From Salinimicrobium sp. (GTDB lineage: Archaea > Thermoplasmatota > Poseidoniia > Poseidoniales > Poseidoniaceae), in contig CAXRAI010000016.1 of the NCBI GenBank assembly GCA_964228865.1, forward strand, positions 54,440-118,439: a stretch of 64,000 nt of DNA. The letters are read 5' to 3'. This document shows positions 61,449 through 64,000 of this stretch, in pieces; position 1 is the stretch's first letter; every line of letters begins with the position of its first letter. A model generated the notes under the pieces. It had not been told where the DNA came from. It ran no database searches and saw only the letters and a program-made list of their open reading frames with translations. The position numbers and the translations under genes were made by a program.

Positions 61449-64000
61449 TCAGAAGAAGTCGTCGAACTCTTCGGCCACGGAATTGGCCTGTTGTTGGCGG
61501 ATCCGTGCAGCGACAATGCGCTTCAGCCGGCGGTGGCGCCCCCTGAGCACAGGCAGGCCAATCGCCACCATCACAAACGCCACGAGCAGCACACCCAGTG
61601 CAGCTTGGAACAAACCGTCGCTCGCCATTCCATCCACGAGTTTGCCCACCCATGGACTGCCCAAGGGCGGTTCTGGTTCGGGCTCGGGCTCAGGGATGAG
61701 GTGCTGGTTGTACGCCCACCACTGGTCGTCGATCAAGAGACGAACGCTGTTCTCACCGATGACCACAGGGTTGTCGTTGCCCACGGCATCCGTTGGTGTC
61801 AGCACGAAGTAGAACACGCGGTACGGCCGGATGGATTCGTCAACGGAGCCGTTCATGTCGTAACGGCCTTCTTCGCCAGGGAAGGCTTGCATGTTGGCCA
61901 TCAGCGGCGTCAGGGCACTCAGGTCGAGCCCCACAGGGTCGATTTCAACGCGGTACAGGTTCCACGACACGTTGCCTTCCGGTTCATGATCGGGCCACGT
62001 CCACGTGACCGCAACGTCGTAGCAACGGTCCCAGTTGCCCGTTCGCTGATGGCAGGCACTGTCGTTGGAGAAGGTGCTCGTTGCGCGCAGGTCGCTCACC
62101 ACCACGTTCGGAGGAATCGCGTCACCGCAGAACAAACCCGGTCCACCTTGCTCACCGCTGGTGACGTTGAGGCGTGACAAATCAGGCGCCCCTGAGCGAT
62201 CGGCTGGCGCGACCAGGTACGAAGCACAGGTGTCGGTCTCGAGGGGAACTGTGTCGTACCAACGGTCGTTTTCAATCGCGGTGCTGGCCACGAAGGTTGA
62301 TTCGGTGAAGTCCTCCCAAAAGGACGGATTGGAGGACGCTTCAGGTGATGGGAAATAGGTCGAGGAACCGGCGGGCATGGCCAAGCGGTAGATGTTCCAG
62401 CCCGAAAGGTAGGGGTTGTCAAGGTCACCGCTGGCGTCCCAGAGCACCTCAAGATGGCCGTTTGGACGTCGCTCGAGGCGAACGTCCTCAAGGCGCACGT
62501 CCGGCGCGGGCAACTCGCCAATGAACATGAGCACCGTGTTCTCTCGAAGCACCACGTCAATCGTACCGTCGTCGTTCACGGTGGCTTCGTTTGGAGGGGC
62601 CACGAATCCCCATGAGGTCGAATTCATGGCAGGAAGCACACGAAGTTCCACCGTTTCAGGATCGATGTTGTTCGGAAGAAGTTCACTCAGGTTGAATTGG
62701 ATGCTCATCTCGAGAAGACCCGCGTCCCCTTCAATGCCACCGGGAGCCTCCAAGCCAAAGGCATGCAGCATCAGCGGCGCCTTGCCGTTTCCAACCCCGT
62801 AATTGAGGCCCAACAGTGGGAGGCTTTCCTCATGCACGAGGACGGCCTCCTCGAGGCTCACACCTTGACCCGTGTACGCCGCACCACCGTCGATGGCGGT
62901 GTGGTGCAACACCGTGATGTCAAGGAACTCAGATTGGGTGTACCCCAACACGTCACGAACAATCAGGGAAATTCGGTGGTCGCCGAGGTCCAAGGAATCG
63001 ACCGGGACCTCGATCAGCTGTCCATAACTCGCGCCTGGGACAAGGTCGAAGATGCCGTTGATTTTCCAGGTGTAGTTGAGGGGACCTGCCGCTGTGTCCG
63101 ACGTCCGGGCGATGAGCGTCATCGTCTCATCCGTGGTGTACACACCGTTGGAATTCGACTGGCTGATTGAGGCACCGATGGGCCCAACCGTGATGTCAAC
63201 GCCGCTTTGCGTGACTTCGTTGTCCTCAGGATTCACGTCGTTCCACAGGCCAAGGTCAACGGGGATGGTGACCGAAATCCGACGGTCTTCCCCGATGAAA
63301 TCGAGGTCAAAGAGGCATTCGTGGTCGGCTCCGGGAGCCATGGTTGGAAGATCGCAGCTTTGTTGTGTGTCGAGGTTTCCAAGCACATCGGAGATGGTCA
63401 TCGTCATCGAGGAGCCCGAGATGGTGGTGTTCCCATGGTTCTCGACCAGCGCAAGCACGGCATCGTCACCGTAGTAGAAGGGAGCGTTCGGGTCCTGCGT
63501 GTTGTGGGTGGGCATGAAACCCATCACCACCAAATCGGAGGTGTCGTCGAGCCGGAGATGGATGCTTCCAATGTTGTTCGTGGGCACCAGATCGCCGCTC
63601 GAATTGAAGACGCCGAACTCAAGCAGGTACCGCCCCGGTTCGTTGTAGGAAAAGGCAGGCAAGTCGCGGCTGAGTTGTGTCAAACCGCCCCAATTGTACC
63701 CGGTCAGGTCCACGTCGGTGATGGACTCCGCGACCGGAGCACCTCCGAAGTCGTGCGTCAGGCGCCACCCCCAACTCATGTTGAGATCGCACCCGCCACA
63801 CAAGTACACGTCGTAATCGACGCGCCAGGTTTCGCCTTGGCGAGGGTAGGTCACGTTGGTGTTCAAGACCGCTCCGTCAACTCCGCTGGCAACATCGAGA
63901 AGACCGTCTCGAGGGTCTTGGTTTTCTGGGACCATGATGTCCTTGAACTCCTCGGTGAGCACCACGTTGACCACCAAGGTGTCATCGCTGGTGTCAAAAT
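61449..64000 (-). CDS. Large surface protein with CARDB/Ig/FN3-like beta-sandwich modules and C-terminal TM (5'-truncated by window edge)
   Basis: The frame is open past 64000. Motifs include DLVV...V.N.G....DVNPEDNE, YTWKING, WNIYR/WNLYR, a PEPEPEPEPP linker, a TM helix and a basic cytoplasmic tail. Confidence 0.85.
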   Translation of the reverse strand, partial: FDTSDDTLVVNVVLTEEFKDIMVPENQDPRDGLLDVASGVDGAVLNTNVTYPRQGETWRVDYDVYLCGGCDLNMSWGWRLTHDFGGAPVAESITDVDLTGYNWGGLTQLSRDLPAFSYNEPGRYLLEFGVFNSSGDLVPTNNIGSIHLRLDDTSDLVVMGFMPTHNTQDPNAPFYYGDDAVLALVENHGNTTISGSSMTMTISDVLGNLDTQQSCDLPTMAPGADHECLFDLDFIGEDRRISVTIPVDLGLWNDVNPEDNEVTQSGVDITVGPIGASISQSNSNGVYTTDETMTLIARTSDTAAGPLNYTWKINGIFDLVPGASYGQLIEVPVDSLDLGDHRISLIVRDVLGYTQSEFLDITVLHHTAIDGGAAYTGQGVSLEEAVLVHEESLPLLGLNYGVGNGKAPLMLHAFGLEAPGGIEGDAGLLEMSIQFNLSELLPNNIDPETVELRVLPAMNSTSWGFVAPPNEATVNDDGTIDVVLRENTVLMFIGELPAPDVRLEDVRLERRPNGHLEVLWDASGDLDNPYLSGWNIYRLAMPAGSSTYFPSPEASSNPSFWEDFTESTFVASTAIENDRWYDTVPLETDTCASYLVAPADRSGAPDLSRLNVTSGEQGGPGLFCGDAIPPNVVVSDLRATSTFSNDSACHQRTGNWDRCYDVAVTWTWPDHEPEGNVSWNLYRVEIDPVGLDLSALTPLMANMQAFPGEEGRYDMNGSVDESIRPYRVFYFVLTPTDAVGNDNPVVIGENSVRLLIDDQWWAYNQHLIPEPEPEPEPPLGSPWVGKLVDGMASDGLFQAALGVLLVAFVMVAIGLPVLRGRHRRLKRIVAARIRQQQANSVAEEFDDFF

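Overview
This is a GC-rich, densely packed archaeal chromosomal segment. The mix of archaeal information genes (cdc6, rps6e, eIF2-gamma, dph2), an A-type ATP synthase, bacterial-type gyrase, class II HMG-CoA reductase and giant PKD-domain surface peptidases fits Thermoplasmatota, most likely Marine Group II (Ca. Poseidoniales); this taxonomy is inferred. The window holds about 53 CDSs and one tRNA-Ser(GCT). I saw no mobile element, CRISPR array or rRNA. Core loci are gyrBA, hpt-dph2-cdc6-rps6e-eif2g-PIN, smc-scpA-scpB, nadB/panE, atpHIKECFABD and a three-gene KaiC-like ATPase cassette. The most striking unexplained signal is a helically phased, doubly symmetric array of eight TAACR/YGTTA pentamers (35502-35603). 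It lies directly upstream of an operon led by a degenerate Cdc6-like AAA+/winged-helix protein, about 1.4 kb from smc-scpAB, and is a candidate for a new DNA-site/protein system. Other oddities: a membrane-tethered Smr-like domain, a GcvH-like protein with Tyr in place of the lipoyl Lys, a bacterial-type class II CCA enzyme, a catalytically dead site-2 protease, a Tmk with a wHTH-like extension, a lid-less SerK-like ParB/Srx protein, four convergent gene pairs abutting at exactly TGATCA, and non-canonical TATA-like hexamers. All family calls come from motif recognition by eye; no database search was run.
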